From assembly GCF_041381155.1 (NCBI RefSeq), contig NC_091144.1, positions 38,796,437 through 38,860,436 of the forward strand: 64,000 nucleotides of DNA. The letters run 5' to 3'. Positions 61,801 to 64,000 of the stretch are shown here, one piece after another. The notes under the pieces were generated by a model, which saw nothing but the letters and a program-made list of their open reading frames with translations, did no database searches and was not told the origin of the DNA. The stretch is from Argopecten irradians (Eukaryota). Every line of letters begins with the position of its first letter. Positions within the stretch are counted from its first letter, which is position 1. Position numbers and translations under genes: made by a program.

Positions 61801-64000
61801 AATAACTATCTTGTTATGACGAAATAGGCAACAACAAATAAACTACATGACCCGTATAGGCGTCCGTGCGTCTTTTACAATGTATGCGACTTGTTTGCTG
61901 AAAATGACGTGAATATTTTAACCAAGCAAACAACTATGAAATAAACCAATACTAAACTCGTAGATAGGGTCAACACACCGTAAATTATCGATTTAAATGG
62001 AACAAATTCCACCACAGGGATAATGTTTAATTTAAATATTCTCGGATGATTGGAGATCTTTAAGTTGGCACAGTCATTGAAATGGAATATTATGAAAGGA
62101 ACAACACATTCAGGCTAATTCTGTTACATAACCACGAAGCAAAATATGGCATAAGCGTATTGTTCGATATTCTTTATGAAACAAATAACAACAAATATTG
62201 ACAAATTCCACGACATTGTTAAGTATTTTTATCAATACCGTTGAAATTCCACTTCGTATAGCAATAAATACATTTAAGCAGGTACAATATGTGCGCTGTA
62301 CCCATATCAATTGGAGAGCCATTGTCACGTACGTTAAAAAAATGCAATACATAACAACTGGAGAGTTGATGATTTTTTTAGATAAGAACATGCACCTGAT
62401 AAGGTAAACACACTACTGTATAAGCGATTTGAGTAGTTCTAGACAAAAAAATCTATAATCCACTGGCAATTACGGGCCAAGGTTCGGCATACAAGACATC
62501 CGACCACAATGCGTAATGGCGGACAGCGAGCGAGAGTAAACTTTTCACACACATTTAACCTTTGGGCTTTTCTATCATATCAAAGTAAAACTAACTATTC
62601 TAACACCCATTAAAACGGGATTGATTTCGATATATGTCCAAATTTAATATACTATTAGACAGAATTGTCCCTTTAAAAGTTTATGCTTGATCGGAGATCT
62701 TCCAGTTGACATAGTCATTTAACTGGAATAGATTAAAAGAACATTTTACGACGATTTTAGAGATAGTTCGGCTGTGTCGTACTTTTAACCCTTAAATAAA
62801 ACTGAAAATATAACGTGGCTAAATGGAAGTTTTGCGACCTCTGAATGCCGTGTTTTCATAACGATTTTTTTTTTTCAAAGAATCGTCCCATGTGGGAGAA
62901 AATATCTTATTTAAGCAATACAAATGTATCTTTTACAAATTTTCGTCCTTATGTCCATTCTCATAACTGTTTTTTCCCATGTACCTGAGGATAGCCAAAA
63001 GGCCGAGTATTTGTGAAAGAAAAGACGTTTGTTCCATCTTTATTAATTTTTTATTTACATTTAAAATATCTCGAGCAGCCATGTTCATTGTTTGAATTGA
63101 ATATTAATATGTCATATTTAAAAAAAGATCATATCGTTCTTTGTAACGCAACTTTGGATTGGCTGAAATAACGGCGCAATAATACTGTCTATTTTTAAAA
63201 CGTAGTCACTGAAAATAAAGATTCACAATACACGCATTGAAATTAATCCCGAAATAGTACACGTATGTCACATGAATAGAACTGACAGAGGGCCATATTG
63301 TTTGTATAAGGTGACAGGTAGTACTTATATGCATGAAATACAACTTTCTTGGTTTTGAGTTTTACGGCCCATCGACAACTAAGGTCACTTTCCTGGGTGA
63401 CTTGTCCCCTTTATGTATGGTTCACGTTCTATCTTGGTGTTTGGTTTCCGTACAGTACGTTAAACAACTGTCCGCATTGATGACGGCATTCTTCCCAACG
63501 CTTAACGACACACTATCATCGTAAGGGAAATAGATGTTTCAGGAATAAGAATGACAGTACCGTAGGTTTCACGACGGCATCCATGCATATTGAATGGGAA
63601 CTTCGAGTCCCGGACTCCTCTCTGATATCGATGTAAACATATTTCCATTCATTAAGGTTCGACTGGAATGGGACACAAGTTATACAAGTTATATGAAGCC
63701 CATTCTGGTGAAATGAAACACAATAATTACACGCATAATTATATACATTAACAACGATTGCTGGGAAAGGACACGCGAAATAAAATAATTAGCGCATGCG
63801 AAAACAATTCTATTGCGTGTGAAGGTATTACTCAGTGACCACAGGTATATTTGAGTAGTCCTCTGACATGAATGCCTGCCCAGATTATCCAGGGCTGCCC
63901 TGAACTAATTTGTGTGGCTGAATCATGGGGCGGTTATGTCTAAGTTTTGCAGGTTGTTTACATTTTATGTTTAAGTTTCCGCTTGTTGACATTTTGAGTC

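Noticed and set aside
1-64000. Prokaryotic interpretation (operons, defence islands, phage)
   Set aside because: Coding density is far below prokaryotic levels, and there are no RBS-led gene strings. The window also holds a tRNA-derived SINE, a LINE RT relic, TTAA-flanked MITEs, satellites and a metazoan-type DEGS gene, all of which indicate an animal nuclear genome.

Overview
This window is eukaryotic genomic DNA, not prokaryotic. It is AT-rich, packed with satellites, MITEs, a tRNA-derived SINE and a LINE reverse-transcriptase remnant, and has no operon-like gene packing. A mollusc/bivalve-like invertebrate source is my inference from the repeat landscape, not something I can prove from the sequence. 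Only three ORFs look like real genes. (1) 39075-41798 (+) is a 907-aa single-exon gene for a multi-pass membrane protein with a long, almost perfectly repetitive Thr/Pro/Ser mucin-like C-terminal tail. This is the most interesting locus. (2) 53228-54274 (-) is an intronless CDS for a sphingolipid delta4-desaturase (DEGS1/ifc family) with all three His boxes. (3) 23315-24067 (-) is an orphan acidic Ser-rich ORF. The first 4.4 kb holds three large minisatellite arrays with 57-bp, 32-bp and 31-bp units, and these explain all the long 'ORFs' listed there. The rest is a dense field of non-autonomous transposons. Family A is a piggyBac-like TTAA-flanked MITE with 5 copies. Family B is a second TTAA-flanked MITE with 3 copies, one of them nested inside a family-A copy. 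Family C has ~55-bp TIRs and 8-9-bp TSDs, with 10 or more copies or fragments, and one tandem array derived from its internal segment. There are also a small ~90-bp MITE family, several near-perfect foldback hairpins with target-site duplications, and a tRNA-derived SINE with a 13-bp TSD. Two local segmental duplications preserve paralogous empty and filled insertion sites for MITE A and MITE C.
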